NCBI GenBank assembly: GCA_964551295.1
Contig: CAZKDJ010000001.1
Span: forward strand, 1 to 62,427
DNA: 62,427 bases
Reading direction: 5' to 3'
Source: an uncultured Anaerolineales bacterium
GTDB lineage: Bacteria; Chloroflexota; Anaerolineae; B4-G1
Shown here piece after piece: positions 47,010 through 56,631 of this stretch. Numbering within the stretch: the stretch's first letter is position 1; each line of letters begins with the position of its first letter. The translations under genes and the position numbers were made by a program. A model generated the notes under the pieces. The model did no database searches and had not been told where the DNA came from. It saw nothing but the letters and a program-made list of their open reading frames with translations.

Positions 47010-48304
47010 TCGCCCATTCGCTGATTCGCCGGTTCGCCCACTCGGTACAACATCTCCCCCGCCCTCGGCACGACCAGCACCCCCTCCTCCTCACGCCCGC
47101 GCCACGCGTCCAGATCGACGGTGGCCGGGTCGAGGTAGCCCAGGCCCAGTCGCTCGCAGCGCTCGCGTGGGATACCGGTCGCCAGCGTGACCTTGATGCG
47201 CCGGCTCTCGATGCCGGTCTCGGCGTCGTACGTGCCGAGACCACACAGGTGGGTCGAGTGAGCCAGCACGCCCCAGGGACAATCCTTGAAGCGCTCCCAC
47301 TGCTTGAGGAAATAGTCGCGCACGTGGTAGCCGGTCTCGTCGAGCCAGCGCCCGTGAGTGTAAGAAACCTCGTCGATGTGCGGGGCGTAGATGACGATCT
47401 CGCCGCCGTCGGCGACCGCCGGCTCCATCTTGTACATGCCCTTGGCCGCCGTCCACAGATCGTCATACAGTTCCGGCATCACCGAGAGCACGCGCTTGAA
47501 CGGCTTTTCGACATATACGATGTGGTGCTGCGCCGAAAGGTCGGCTGCCGCCTCGTAGGCCGCCTCCGGCGTGCCAAAGTAAAGGCCCACCAGATCACTG
47601 TGTCCTGCGGATCCTTTGGATCCGACCACCACCATGCTAAAGCACAGCTTGAGCACATCGATGAACGCGGCCGCCCGATCGATCACCCGGCGCACGGGCG
47701 TGTGCTTGGTGCCAATAACGTGCCAGCTGGTGATCACCGCCCCCAGCCAGTGGGAAAAGTCGATCACCTCCGGCCCGGCGACGCCGGGAAAGAAGTACTT
47801 GTTGCCGCCGGAAAAGCCCACCACCTCGTGCGGAAAGGTCGGCCCGCAGATGATGACGAGGTCGTAATCGAACAGCCGCTTGTTGATCGTGACCGGCACG
47901 TCCATCGACATCAGCCCGCCGGTTATCTCCTCGATCTCGGCGGCGGGGATGGTGCCGATGTGCTTGAAGGTCGCAGGATCGCTCCACTCGTGGTTATAGA
48001 TGCCGACCCGGGCGTATTTCCCCACCCGCTCCTCGGGCGTCAGGCCAAAGAGCTGGTTGAGGTGCGCCTCGTCCATCGGCTGGTGCGTCCCCAACGCAAT
48101 CAAGTAATCGAGTGCGGTAACCTTTTCGCCGACGGCGTCGTAAAAGACGCGGAACATCAGCGGCATCGGCGCGGAGCGCGTGGCATCTGGCGTGATAAAG
48201 AGCACCCGTTTGCCGGTCACGTCGTGCTCGGCGAAAGCCGCCGCCACGATCTGCCGCACCTCGTCTGCGTTCAGCGTTCTATCCGTGTATCCTCGACCGA
48301 TCAA
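47006..48304 (-). CDS. LarA-family (nickel-pincer) racemase/epimerase; candidate mannonate/gluconate 2-epimerase
   Basis: PDATRS, IALGTH, YNHEW, FPHEVVGFSGG.K motifs. TTG start at 48304 with GGAGA SD; the track start at 48655 overlaps the HAD gene. Confidence 0.8.
   Translation of the reverse strand: MIGRGYTDRTLNADEVRQIVAAAFAEHDVTGKRVLFITPDATRSAPMPLMFRVFYDAVGEKVTALDYLIALGTHQPMDEAHLNQLFGLTPEERVGKYARVGIYNHEWSDPATFKHIGTIPAAEIEEITGGLMSMDVPVTINKRLFDYDLVIICGPTFPHEVVGFSGGNKYFFPGVAGPEVIDFSHWLGAVITSWHVIGTKHTPVRRVIDRAAAFIDVLKLCFSMVVVGSKGSAGHSDLVGLYFGTPEAAYEAAADLSAQHHIVYVEKPFKRVLSVMPELYDDLWTAAKGMYKMEPAVADGGEIVIYAPHIDEVSYTHGRWLDETGYHVRDYFLKQWERFKDCPWGVLAHSTHLCGLGTYDAETGIESRRIKVTLATGIPRERCERLGLGYLDPATVDLDAWRGREEEGVLVVPRAGEMLYRVGEPANQRMGE
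47007..47046 (+). repeat. Octamer tandem repeat forming the larA-like/oxidoreductase junction
   Basis: cattcgcc cattcgct gattcgcc ggttcgcc cactcgg; contains the stop and next start codons on the minus strand. Confidence 0.75.
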
Positions 48305-48322
48305 TCTCCGATCTCCAATCTC
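48302..48322 (+). repeat. CAATCTC heptamer x3 forming the HAD/larA-like spacer
   Basis: caatctc cgatctc caatctc; on the minus strand it supplies GGAGA and the TTG start. Confidence 0.8.
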
Positions 48323-49221
48323 TACCTTTTCCACGGCGGAATCTCGGGCAGGATGGCCTCGAACTCGGCGATCACCTGCGCCTCGTACTCGCCCGCATAC
48401 TCGCCCGCCAGGAACTTGCTCGCCGCTTCCTCGTAGAACCGCTGCCAGGATTCCTCCTCGTGACCGGGATTGATCGGGCAAAACAGCGCGTCGTTGGCCT
48501 TGGCCGCCCGCATGTCGCCCGGCGCGTCGCCGACCATGAGAATGTGATCGGGGGGATACTTGCCTTTGGCGGCCAGCTCCAGGTGCAGCGCCTTTTTGCC
48601 CTGCTCCTGCCCGGCGATGACGCGCACATACTGGGCGATATCGTGCTCCTCCCACTCCCGCTTGAGCGCCTCGTACGGCGTGGCCGAGACGACGATCATG
48701 TCGGCTTTATCGGCCAGGAACTCGAGGCTCTCGCACACGTAGGGAAAGGGCGGCACGCCGTGCACCATGTCGGCCACGGTAGCGTTGACGCCCGTCGTCC
48801 AGGCCCAGGCCGTATCCAGCTCTGGATCGGGATGCGCTTGCCTATACGCCTTGAGGCCGTCGTTGCTCTTGGGGAACGCATCGTCGGCGATAAACTCGCG
48901 GATGCGGGGCGCCTCCGGCGGCACGACATGGCGCGCCTGCACCTCCGGACGCTCGCGCAGCAGGTCGAAAACCATCACCAACGCCGGCCAGCGGTTGATG
49001 CCACGCCATTTCGAATACAGGTTGACGAACTCGGCCGCCTCGCGGGCGTACTTGGAGACCGATTGTAGGCTCCAATGCTTGATGATGTTGGGGGTAAAGC
49101 ACTCCTTGTGCTTGACCTCCATCGTGTCGAAAGCACAGCCGTCGGAATCAATGCCGACAAAGAATTCTTTTTCCGGTTCTAGCTCCGCCAAAGGGCGAGC
49201 TGCTTCAGAATAATCTGTCAT
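48322..49221 (-). CDS. HAD-superfamily hydrolase
   Basis: Motif I GIDSDG..FD, VVSAT, GQE.G.K, MVGDAPGD. GGAGG SD before ATG 49221. Confidence 0.85.
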   Translation of the reverse strand: MTDYSEAARPLAELEPEKEFFVGIDSDGCAFDTMEVKHKECFTPNIIKHWSLQSVSKYAREAAEFVNLYSKWRGINRWPALVMVFDLLRERPEVQARHVVPPEAPRIREFIADDAFPKSNDGLKAYRQAHPDPELDTAWAWTTGVNATVADMVHGVPPFPYVCESLEFLADKADMIVVSATPYEALKREWEEHDIAQYVRVIAGQEQGKKALHLELAAKGKYPPDHILMVGDAPGDMRAAKANDALFCPINPGHEEESWQRFYEEAASKFLAGEYAGEYEAQVIAEFEAILPEIPPWKR

Positions 49222-49260
49222 AAAACACCTCCAATGATTTTGTGAAGTAACCATTCACTG

Positions 49261-49312
49261 CAGAGCCGCAGAGAAATCACCCATTCCTCTGCGATCTTTG
49301 CGTCTCGGCGGT
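49261..49312. repeat. Intergenic CGCAGAG/CTCTGCG palindromic element
   Basis: CGCAGAG (49267-49273) / CTCTGCG (49287-49293) plus degenerate extra units; resembles the 35221 element. Confidence 0.55.
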
Positions 49313-49349
49313 AAAAAAGACATGGCTCAACAGTTACTTTGAACTCGAT

Positions 49350-50183
49350 CTACACCCCACTGAACGCACTGAACCCGCCATCCACCGGAACGACGACGCC
49401 GGTGACGAAGGACGATGCCGGCGAGAGCAGCCACAGTATCGCGCCGATCAGGTCCTCCGGATCGCCAAAACGGGCCATCGGCGTGTGATCGATGATCGTA
49501 CGGCCGCGCGGGGTCAACTCGCCGGTGGCCTCGTCGGTCAGCAGAAAGCGGTTCTGCTCGGTCAGGAAAAAGCCAGGAGCCAGGGCATTGACTCGAATGT
49601 CCGGCGAGTATTCCTGTGCTATGTGCACCGCCAGCCACTGGGTAAAGTTGCTCACCGCCGCCTTGGCCGCCGAGTAGGCCGGGATGCGCGTCAGCGGGCG
49701 AAAGGCGTTCATCGAACTGACGTTGAGGATACGTCCATCCCCCCGGTCAGCCATCATCTTACCAAACACCTGGCTGGGCAGCAGTGTGCCCACGAAATTC
49801 AGGTTGAACACCCATTGAATGGCATCTGCGGGCAAATCGAAAAAAGAAAGGTCAGCCGAAGTCGTGGCCTGCTTCTTGTTGCCTCCCGCGCCGTTGATCA
49901 GGATATCGACGTGGCCCCACTGCGCCAGCACGACGTCGCGGGCACCCTCCACACTGGCTTTGTCGAGCACGTCGCACTTGACGGCGATGGCCTCGCCGCC
50001 CTGAGCCACGATGTCGGCAGCGACCTTTTCGGCGGCCTCTTCAAACAGATCCAGCACGGCCACTTTCACGCCCAGCCTACCCAACGCGCGGCTCATCGTC
50101 CCACACAGCACGCCGCCGCCGCCGGTCACCGCCGCGACCTGACCCGACAACCCAAACAGACTCTCCAAGTATTCCTTATCCAC
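49350..50183 (-). CDS. SDR family oxidoreductase, D-mannonate oxidoreductase/fructuronate reductase (UxuB)-like
   Basis: VTGGGGVLC, LINGAGGN, NVSSMNA..PLT.IPAYSAAKAA, RVNALAPGFF.T.QN, HTPM.RFG. GTG 50183 with GGAGG SD. Confidence 0.85.
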   Translation of the reverse strand: MDKEYLESLFGLSGQVAAVTGGGGVLCGTMSRALGRLGVKVAVLDLFEEAAEKVAADIVAQGGEAIAVKCDVLDKASVEGARDVVLAQWGHVDILINGAGGNKKQATTSADLSFFDLPADAIQWVFNLNFVGTLLPSQVFGKMMADRGDGRILNVSSMNAFRPLTRIPAYSAAKAAVSNFTQWLAVHIAQEYSPDIRVNALAPGFFLTEQNRFLLTDEATGELTPRGRTIIDHTPMARFGDPEDLIGAILWLLSPASSFVTGVVVPVDGGFSAFSGV

Positions 50184-50231
50184 ATGACCTCCCAAGATAT
50201 GACTTTTTTCGCAGTGGCGCATAACTTGCTA

Positions 50232-50301
50232 CGTCACCCTGAGCGGAGCGAAGGGTCTCGCCGTCGCTTGCACGAGATTCCTCACTACGTTCGGAATGAC
50301 G
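50232..50301. repeat. CGTC-tagged palindromic REP-like element
   Basis: CGTCACCCTGAGCGGAGCGAAGGGTCTCG ... CGAGATTCCTCACTACGTTCGGAATGACG: terminal CGTCA/TGACG and inner GTCTCG/CGAGAT arms. Confidence 0.75.
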
Positions 50302-50339
50302 GTAAGCAACTTATGCGGTATTGCCTTTTTTCTTTCCGC

Positions 50340-51242
50340 TCACAATTCGTAGGCTCGAGCCTTGATGTACTTGCGCACCAGGTATCCATACCGCTCGTCC
50401 GTCAGGGCGAACTCGATGAAAGCGCGAAAGTAACTCTCAAAGTTGCCCACATCGTAGCGCTTTTGGTCAGGAGCGAGTGGCCAGGCGTAGACCGGCTCGC
50501 CCTGCTGGAGCAGAAGCCGGATGGCGTCCGTCAACTGGATTTCGCCCCCTCTGCCGGGCAGCGTGCGATCAAGCATCTCAAAGATGACGGGGCTAAAAAT
50601 ATACCGAGCGGCTACCGCCAACGTGGAGGGCGCAGATTCCACAGCTGGTTTTTCGACAATACTCTGTACTGCCACGGGCTCTCCCGCTACAGGCTCCACT
50701 CCGCCGATGTCGACGATGCCGCGACGATAGGTATCCTCCGGCGGCACCTTCTCCACCGCTATGACGGCCGCGGCCCTCAGTTGCTCCTGTGCAGCCATCA
50801 TGGCCCGTAACGGCGCAGCGGGGTCAGCGGCGGCAATCATCGAATCACCCAAGGCAACGGCAAAGTTATCGCCGTCCACGAACTCGGCGGCCAACGAGAC
50901 CGCGTGCCCCAGTCCTTTGGGTGGGCTCTGGCGCGTGAAAAAGAAGCGCGCCTTGCCCTCCAAATAGGCCAAGTCCTCCAACACTGCCTCGTTCCCAGCC
51001 TGCTCCAAAGCCAGCACTAGCCCGGGGTCGGCGTCCAGATGATCCTCAATGGCACGTTTGCGCTCGCCGGTGATGATCAGAAGCTGCTGCAAGCCGGCGG
51101 CCTGCAACTCCTCCACCACGTACTGGATGGCCGGCTTGCGGCCCACCGGCAGCATCTCCTTGGGCTGCGACTTGGTCGAAGGCAACAGCCGCGTTCCCAA
51201 CCCCGCCGCGGGAACAACTGCTTTAGTGATTTGTTGAGCCAT
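50340..51242 (-). CDS. galU: UTP-glucose-1-phosphate uridylyltransferase family protein
   Basis: KAVVPAAGLGTR.LP.TK..PKEMLP, RQ..PKGLGHA, VEKP, GEIQLTDA, YDVG. Confidence 0.85.
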   Translation of the reverse strand: MAQQITKAVVPAAGLGTRLLPSTKSQPKEMLPVGRKPAIQYVVEELQAAGLQQLLIITGERKRAIEDHLDADPGLVLALEQAGNEAVLEDLAYLEGKARFFFTRQSPPKGLGHAVSLAAEFVDGDNFAVALGDSMIAAADPAAPLRAMMAAQEQLRAAAVIAVEKVPPEDTYRRGIVDIGGVEPVAGEPVAVQSIVEKPAVESAPSTLAVAARYIFSPVIFEMLDRTLPGRGGEIQLTDAIRLLLQQGEPVYAWPLAPDQKRYDVGNFESYFRAFIEFALTDERYGYLVRKYIKARAYEL

Positions 51243-51278
51243 AGGTTTACTCCTTCCTGATATAGCTTAAAAGCTCAA

Positions 51279-52724
51279 CTACCCAACGAGCGGCGACAGG
51301 TGTCGCTCAAAGTGCGTCTCCAGCATCGCGGCATAGACCTGCTCGTGCGCCGCCAGCATCGCCAGCAGCCGCTCGCCGAACCGATCCAGCACCGAGCCAA
51401 AGGTCACGTGCAGCACCTGACGCGCGTCGAACTGGTCCAGCAGACCAGGTAGGTCCGCGTCATGCAGCGCATCCGGCGCGGGGACCTTGGCCAGATCCGC
51501 CGAGACGTGGTAGGTGGCCCGGTCGATCTCGTACCGCTGGCAAGCCAGGGTTAGGATCTCGCGGAAAAAGGTTGCGTCTACCTGAGCCACCGCGCGCAGC
51601 GCCTCCAGGTAGCTGGTGCCGGCGGTCTTGAGGTGTACCAACCCGTCAGTCAGCTCGGCGATTAGGGAATAGATGCTAAACTTGTCCGAGCCCGAGTGGA
51701 TGCTGAGCTTGTACGGCCCCAAGGCCCGGGCGATGGCGGCGTGTTTGGCCAACTCGGCCTTGAACTCGTCCAGGTCGCCGATATAGTCTACCCCTTTCTC
51801 GAACCGTCCCACGTAGCGCGGCGCCAGGCTGACCCACTCGACGCCCAGCCGCTTGAGCTCGCTGGCGACGTAAAAGTGCTCCTCCGGCGAGGTGGGCGTC
51901 TCCGTCTCGTCCACCGAGACCTCGAGTTCGAACCCCGATCCTGCGGGAGGATTGGCAGCCAAGTGCCGGTACATGCGCGACGCGTGCGCGACCGCGCGCC
52001 CGTACTTGGCCGCCGCGCGGTGCAGCGCCTCCCGGTCGAGCGTCATGGCCCGATCGCCCAAGTCGAACGAGTGGTTCAGATAGCGCCGCTCCATGTCCCC
52101 CAACGTGTCCTCCAGCGTGTCCCACGGCAGCGCTTGCATCTTTGCGTCCACCTCGGCCGGCGAGGCGGTGTGCGCCTCCCCATCGACATGGTCGCCGGGA
52201 TCGACGGTGTACAGAGTGAACCCTGCCGCGGCGAAGGAGTCGATATCCTGCGGCGTCTTGAGGTGATCGGCGTCGCTGCCCCACGGCTCGCACCAACCCT
52301 CCTGAAACAGGCCCCACGTGGCATCGTCCATCACCTGCTGCGGCGTGCGCCCGGTGCGGGCATTCTCGCGCACCGACTGCTGGGCAAAGATAGGCGCGAT
52401 CGTCTCGTATTTTCGCGCCGCGCGCACGTGCCCCGGCGTCGCCAAGCCCAGCCGGTCGCCGCAGCCCGCCGAGGTCTGCAACCCCAGGGATCGCGGGCGC
52501 AGCCAAGGCAAGCGCTCGCGCAGCACGGCCGCGTTCTCCGCTGTAAGCGAACAGACCAGCACATCTCCCTGCTGCTGGCCAGCAAAGCCACCCAAATCGC
52601 TACCCTGGACGAGCAACACCTTCCGGGCATCGGCGCTGCGCCGGGCCAGGGAATAAGTCGCGCCATCTAGCTCGACCTTCGAACGTGGATATACTTCAAA
52701 ACCTTCGACCACTGGAACCTCCAT
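51279..52724 (-). CDS. uxaE: Tagaturonate/fructuronate epimerase
   Basis: G.GDRLGLATPGH, FAQQSVRE..RT.R, DADH.K, E.SVDET, APRYVGRFEKGVDY, YKLSIHSGSDKF, HLKTAGTSYLEALR. ATG 52724 (TGATG coupling). Confidence 0.92.
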   Translation of the reverse strand: MEVPVVEGFEVYPRSKVELDGATYSLARRSADARKVLLVQGSDLGGFAGQQQGDVLVCSLTAENAAVLRERLPWLRPRSLGLQTSAGCGDRLGLATPGHVRAARKYETIAPIFAQQSVRENARTGRTPQQVMDDATWGLFQEGWCEPWGSDADHLKTPQDIDSFAAAGFTLYTVDPGDHVDGEAHTASPAEVDAKMQALPWDTLEDTLGDMERRYLNHSFDLGDRAMTLDREALHRAAAKYGRAVAHASRMYRHLAANPPAGSGFELEVSVDETETPTSPEEHFYVASELKRLGVEWVSLAPRYVGRFEKGVDYIGDLDEFKAELAKHAAIARALGPYKLSIHSGSDKFSIYSLIAELTDGLVHLKTAGTSYLEALRAVAQVDATFFREILTLACQRYEIDRATYHVSADLAKVPAPDALHDADLPGLLDQFDARQVLHVTFGSVLDRFGERLLAMLAAHEQVYAAMLETHFERHLSPLVG

Positions 52725-53953
52725 CAACCTCTCAAATGCACATCGGCGAAATCCAAATACCGCTCCCAATCGTAATCCGTCACATCGTGCACGCCGGGGC
52801 GAATGTGATAGCCGATGGTACCCACAACCGGCTGGCTCAGCCCGGGCATCTCGTCGACGGCCAACCCGTCGGTAGACAGCAGCCGATACACTGAGTCGGC
52901 ATGCCTGGCCGCTAAGAACTCGCCACACGGGTCGGCCCATTGATCCTCGGCCGCGCTGGCCACGTAAACCGGGCGCGGGGCGACCAACGCAATCAGCATG
53001 TGCTGATCCACTGGCAGATCGTCCTCCCGGTCATTGTACCGCTTAAAGTTTGCACAAAACCAGTGCGGAAACCTGACGTTGATCAGCTTGACCGTCTCGC
53101 CGAACCGCCGCCGCGAGAGCGCCGCTCCTCCGCAGCCCGAGTTATTCGAGATCACCAGCGCGAATCGCGCATCCCGCGCCCAGTCCCACAACGCGGCCTT
53201 ACCCAGGCGCGAGTGTCCCATCACCGCGACTCGCTCATGATCGATGTCTCCATCGGCCTCAAAATAGTCCAGCGCCCGGCTCAAGCCCCACGCCCAAGCA
53301 GCGATGGTGCCCCACTCATCTGCATCTGGTTTTGACTGCCCATCCCGGTAAAACAAGGGATGCACACCATTCTGAAAACCATCATCGAAATCCGGGTCCA
53401 GGTCGCCACAGTATACGGTCGCCAAACCATATCCTCGCTCCAAGATACGCCCGACTGGCCAGTGACGGGCGCTCACACCTCGGGAGGCCTCCGTCGCGCG
53501 ATGGTCGACCACGTGGCACGCTTCACTTTCCATCATCCAACGGGTCGAAAGCGTGATGCCAGGATCAGGGTGGATCGAGTGGTTGCCAAAAAAGTTTAAC
53601 CCGACAAAGGCGGGCACCGGCCCGGAACGATCGTTGGGCAGATAAACGAGCATATCCATCCACGGGCCGTTTTCCTCGCTCGTGAAATAGACCGACACCT
53701 CCTTACGCGTGGCTTTCCCACCGAGCGCCTCGCGGTCCATAGAGGTCACGTCAAAGGTCATCCCCTCTGGCCGACCCGGTGCCCTGCCATAAACGTGCCG
53801 CTCGAACAGCCGCAAGATTTCGGGCCTGCGCTGCGCCATCCAAGTTTGGGCATCGGCAACCCGCGTTCCATCGGAGAGGATCAGTGGATCGGGCAAGGTA
53901 TACTCAGGCACCTCTGCCTCATCCACATTGACCTCCCAGGATTCCATCGACAT
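52724..53953 (-). CDS. CE15 family glucuronoyl esterase-like alpha/beta hydrolase (no signal peptide)
   Basis: [21 protein letters not shown] nucleophile motif, SGCGGAA, HWF, PVDQH.L.AL.APRP, W.DP.GE, YH.R.G.H. Confidence 0.88.
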   Translation of the reverse strand: MSMESWEVNVDEAEVPEYTLPDPLILSDGTRVADAQTWMAQRRPEILRLFERHVYGRAPGRPEGMTFDVTSMDREALGGKATRKEVSVYFTSEENGPWMDMLVYLPNDRSGPVPAFVGLNFFGNHSIHPDPGITLSTRWMMESEACHVVDHRATEASRGVSARHWPVGRILERGYGLATVYCGDLDPDFDDGFQNGVHPLFYRDGQSKPDADEWGTIAAWAWGLSRALDYFEADGDIDHERVAVMGHSRLGKAALWDWARDARFALVISNNSGCGGAALSRRRFGETVKLINVRFPHWFCANFKRYNDREDDLPVDQHMLIALVAPRPVYVASAAEDQWADPCGEFLAARHADSVYRLLSTDGLAVDEMPGLSQPVVGTIGYHIRPGVHDVTDYDWERYLDFADVHLRG

Positions 53954-53966
53954 CTTCCTTTGTACG

Positions 53967-55100
53967 CTACGACCAACCCATCAACTGCGCCAATAGACGA
54001 GTGTACTCGCAAAAATTCGGCCACGATACGTCAGGCGGCACGCCGTGATCGCAACCCGGGATGAAGCCTCCCTCTTCCAGCAGGGGCGGCACCACGCGCA
54101 GCACCTCCTTGCGCATCGTCTCGCCACCGGCGGCCAAGGCGCGCTTATCCAGCCCGCCCAGGTAGGCCATCTGCCGGCCGTACTGCCGCCGGTAGGCCAC
54201 GATGTCGTTCCCGGCGGCTACCTCGACCGGAAAACAGCAGTTAAAGCCCACCTCGATCCACAGCGGCATCAACTCGGTCATGTAGCCGTCCGAATCCATC
54301 GAGACGATGGGGCAGTCGCTGCCTTTGACTGCATCCACCCACTTTTTCCAAACGGGCAGCAGAAAGCGCCGCACCATCGCCGGGGAGATCATACTGTGCA
54401 TCTTGTAGGCCATGTCTTCCCCCACCTGGACAAAGTCCAATTCCACCCGCGCCAGGATAGGCTCCAACGTCTGCAGCACGAAATCGGCCCACAAATCGAC
54501 CATCTCCTGCACAAAGGCCGGATCGTCGATCATTAACACGCAGAGATTCTCCAGGCCGCACCACTCGCGCAGTTGCCAGAACGGCCCGTTGACCGTGAGG
54601 CGCAGGGCGTAATCCCGTTCGCGCAGCGCGTCGCAGCGCGCCTCGAAATCCGCCGGAAAGCGCCGGGGATGGTGCGGATCGTAGCGCCACTTGATCCTCT
54701 CCTCCCAATCCCGCCTGGTCTGCACCGGGAAACGATGCCACTTGCGCGTGACAAAGTCCTTGGCGCTGCGGATGTAGGTGTAGTCGTACCGGTCCAATAT
54801 CTCTGTGATGGCCCCCATCCAATCTTGGACGACGTAGTGACCGTTGCGGTGCTCCAGCACCTTTTCCTCAAAGATGGGGATCATCTTGAAATCGACGCCT
54901 AGATCGACCCGTGGCCGCGTGCAAGGTTCGTATGGGATGCCCAGCACCCCCATCAGGTACTCGTACCAGGCGACGCCCTCGGGCAACCCCTGCTGATGCC
55001 AGGCTGCCAGGGTCGATTCGCGCGGCGAGCCGGGCGCTAAAGGGACCTTGTCCGGTTTGTTAAAGAGTAAAGCTGCACAGAACCGCTCCCTCTCATTCAT
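53967..55100 (-). CDS. URO-D (uroporphyrinogen decarboxylase/MtaA)-fold protein, putative methyltransferase
   Basis: M..RERF....F..PDKVP, EDMAYK...ISP..R.F..P, DSDG, EV.AGND...[20 protein letters not shown]. Confidence 0.8.
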   Translation of the reverse strand: MNERERFCAALLFNKPDKVPLAPGSPRESTLAAWHQQGLPEGVAWYEYLMGVLGIPYEPCTRPRVDLGVDFKMIPIFEEKVLEHRNGHYVVQDWMGAITEILDRYDYTYIRSAKDFVTRKWHRFPVQTRRDWEERIKWRYDPHHPRRFPADFEARCDALRERDYALRLTVNGPFWQLREWCGLENLCVLMIDDPAFVQEMVDLWADFVLQTLEPILARVELDFVQVGEDMAYKMHSMISPAMVRRFLLPVWKKWVDAVKGSDCPIVSMDSDGYMTELMPLWIEVGFNCCFPVEVAAGNDIVAYRRQYGRQMAYLGGLDKRALAAGGETMRKEVLRVVPPLLEEGGFIPGCDHGVPPDVSWPNFCEYTRLLAQLMGWS

Positions 55101-55179
55101 GGCTAGCACGTCTGCTCAAACAAGTAGCCGCGATTTCCAAATCACGCCATGGAAAGCGCGAATACCGGATGAAGCTATC

Positions 55180-56607
55180 CTAGTCCAGCTTGTACGCCTG
55201 CTTGGCCAGACGGTAGGCCAGGTCGAGGATCATCTCCTGAGCGTCTTGCTCGTCCACGACGCCGCGCACCACCAATCCGGCCACCCAATTGGCGCTGGCG
55301 CGGCGCCACACGTCGTGGCGTGCCGGGATAGAGGGAAAAGCGCGCGTGTCGTCGTTGAATCCAGCAGTGTTGTGCACCCCGGCCGTCTCCATCACCCGAT
55401 CAAAATAGCGCCGTATCCCGTTCAGGCTGTCGTGGAACCACCAGGGTGGACCGATGCACAGCGCCGGGTAGTGGCCGGCCAACGGGGCCAGCTCGCGAGC
55501 GTAGGTCGATTCGTCCAGGGTAAAGACAACGAGCGTCAGCCGTGGGTCGTTGCCATATTTGTTGAGCAGCGGCCGTAGATTGTGGGTGAACTCGCTCGTC
55601 GTCGGTATGTCACAGCCCATATCGCGCCCAAAGCGCTCAACGATGCCCCGGTTGTGATCGCGCACCGAGCCGACGTGGAACTGCATCGTCAGTCCATCCT
55701 CGATGCTCATCCGCGCAAACTCCATGATCATGTGCGCGGTAAAGCGCCGGGCATCGTCCTCAGTGGCCTCGCCGCGCAGCGCGCGCTGAAAGATCGCGTT
55801 TGCTTCAGCCTCCGAGAGCTCCACCGTATAGGCCGAGATGGCAGCGTGGTCAGTGGACATGGCCCCCATCGATTTGAAGAACGCGCGCCGCTGCTCCAGC
55901 GCCCGGACGAAAGCGGCGTAGGAAGTCACGTCGATGCCGCTGACCTCGTTCAGCTTGTCGACGTTTTCCCGCCAGCCCTCGCGCAGCAGATTGACCACCC
56001 CGTCGGGGCGGAAAGCGGGCCGGATGTCGCCCCCCCACCCCGATTCGCGGATCGTCTTGTGAACCTCAAGCATATCGGTAGCGGCGTCGGTGGTGGATAG
56101 CACCTCGATATTGAACCGCTCGAACAGCGCTCGCGGGCGGAACTCGGGGCGGGCCAGCTTTTCCGCGACCTGGTCATAGATCGCCTGGGCCGTCTCGCCG
56201 TCCAGTTTTTGCTCGACGCCGAACATCTCGATCAGCTCGTGGGTCAGCCAGATGCCGCTGGGCGTGCCACGGAAGAGATAAAAGTTATCGGCGAAAATCT
56301 GCCAAATCTTGCGATGGTCCCGCTCCACCGGCCCGCCATCGACGCGGAGAACGCCCAGGTCCTCCAGCGGTATCCCCTGCGAGTACAGCATGCGAAAGAC
56401 GTAATGATCGGGGATGATGAGTAGATCGGCGGGCGTACCAAAGGTGGCGTCCTCGTCCACGAACAATCTGGGATCCACGTGGCCGTGCGGGCTGACGATG
56501 GGCAGGTCCTTCACCCCGTCGTACAGCTCCCGCGCCACGCGTCGCTGCGCCGGGTCGGGATCGAAGAATCGATCCGGGTCAAGTTGCCATGTCGAATGAA
56601 TCACCAA
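55180..56607 (-). CDS. uxaC: Uronate (glucuronate/galacturonate) isomerase
   Basis: PI.SPHGH.DP, PDHYV.RML.SQG, TTD, FRPD, TDH, MQ.H.G..R.HN, G.DMG.D, LAGHYP...GPPWWF.D, GF.DDTRAF.SI..RHD. Confidence 0.95.
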   Translation of the reverse strand: MVIHSTWQLDPDRFFDPDPAQRRVARELYDGVKDLPIVSPHGHVDPRLFVDEDATFGTPADLLIIPDHYVFRMLYSQGIPLEDLGVLRVDGGPVERDHRKIWQIFADNFYLFRGTPSGIWLTHELIEMFGVEQKLDGETAQAIYDQVAEKLARPEFRPRALFERFNIEVLSTTDAATDMLEVHKTIRESGWGGDIRPAFRPDGVVNLLREGWRENVDKLNEVSGIDVTSYAAFVRALEQRRAFFKSMGAMSTDHAAISAYTVELSEAEANAIFQRALRGEATEDDARRFTAHMIMEFARMSIEDGLTMQFHVGSVRDHNRGIVERFGRDMGCDIPTTSEFTHNLRPLLNKYGNDPRLTLVVFTLDESTYARELAPLAGHYPALCIGPPWWFHDSLNGIRRYFDRVMETAGVHNTAGFNDDTRAFPSIPARHDVWRRASANWVAGLVVRGVVDEQDAQEMILDLAYRLAKQAYKLD

Positions 56608-56631
56608 GCTCTCCTTCCTTTTCTTCCTCTC

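Noticed and set aside
48305-48655. N-terminal extension of the LarA-like ORF, and similar extensions at 17608-18006 and 52725-52940
   Set aside because: They overlap bona fide neighbouring genes; better starts with an SD or stop-start coupling exist downstream.
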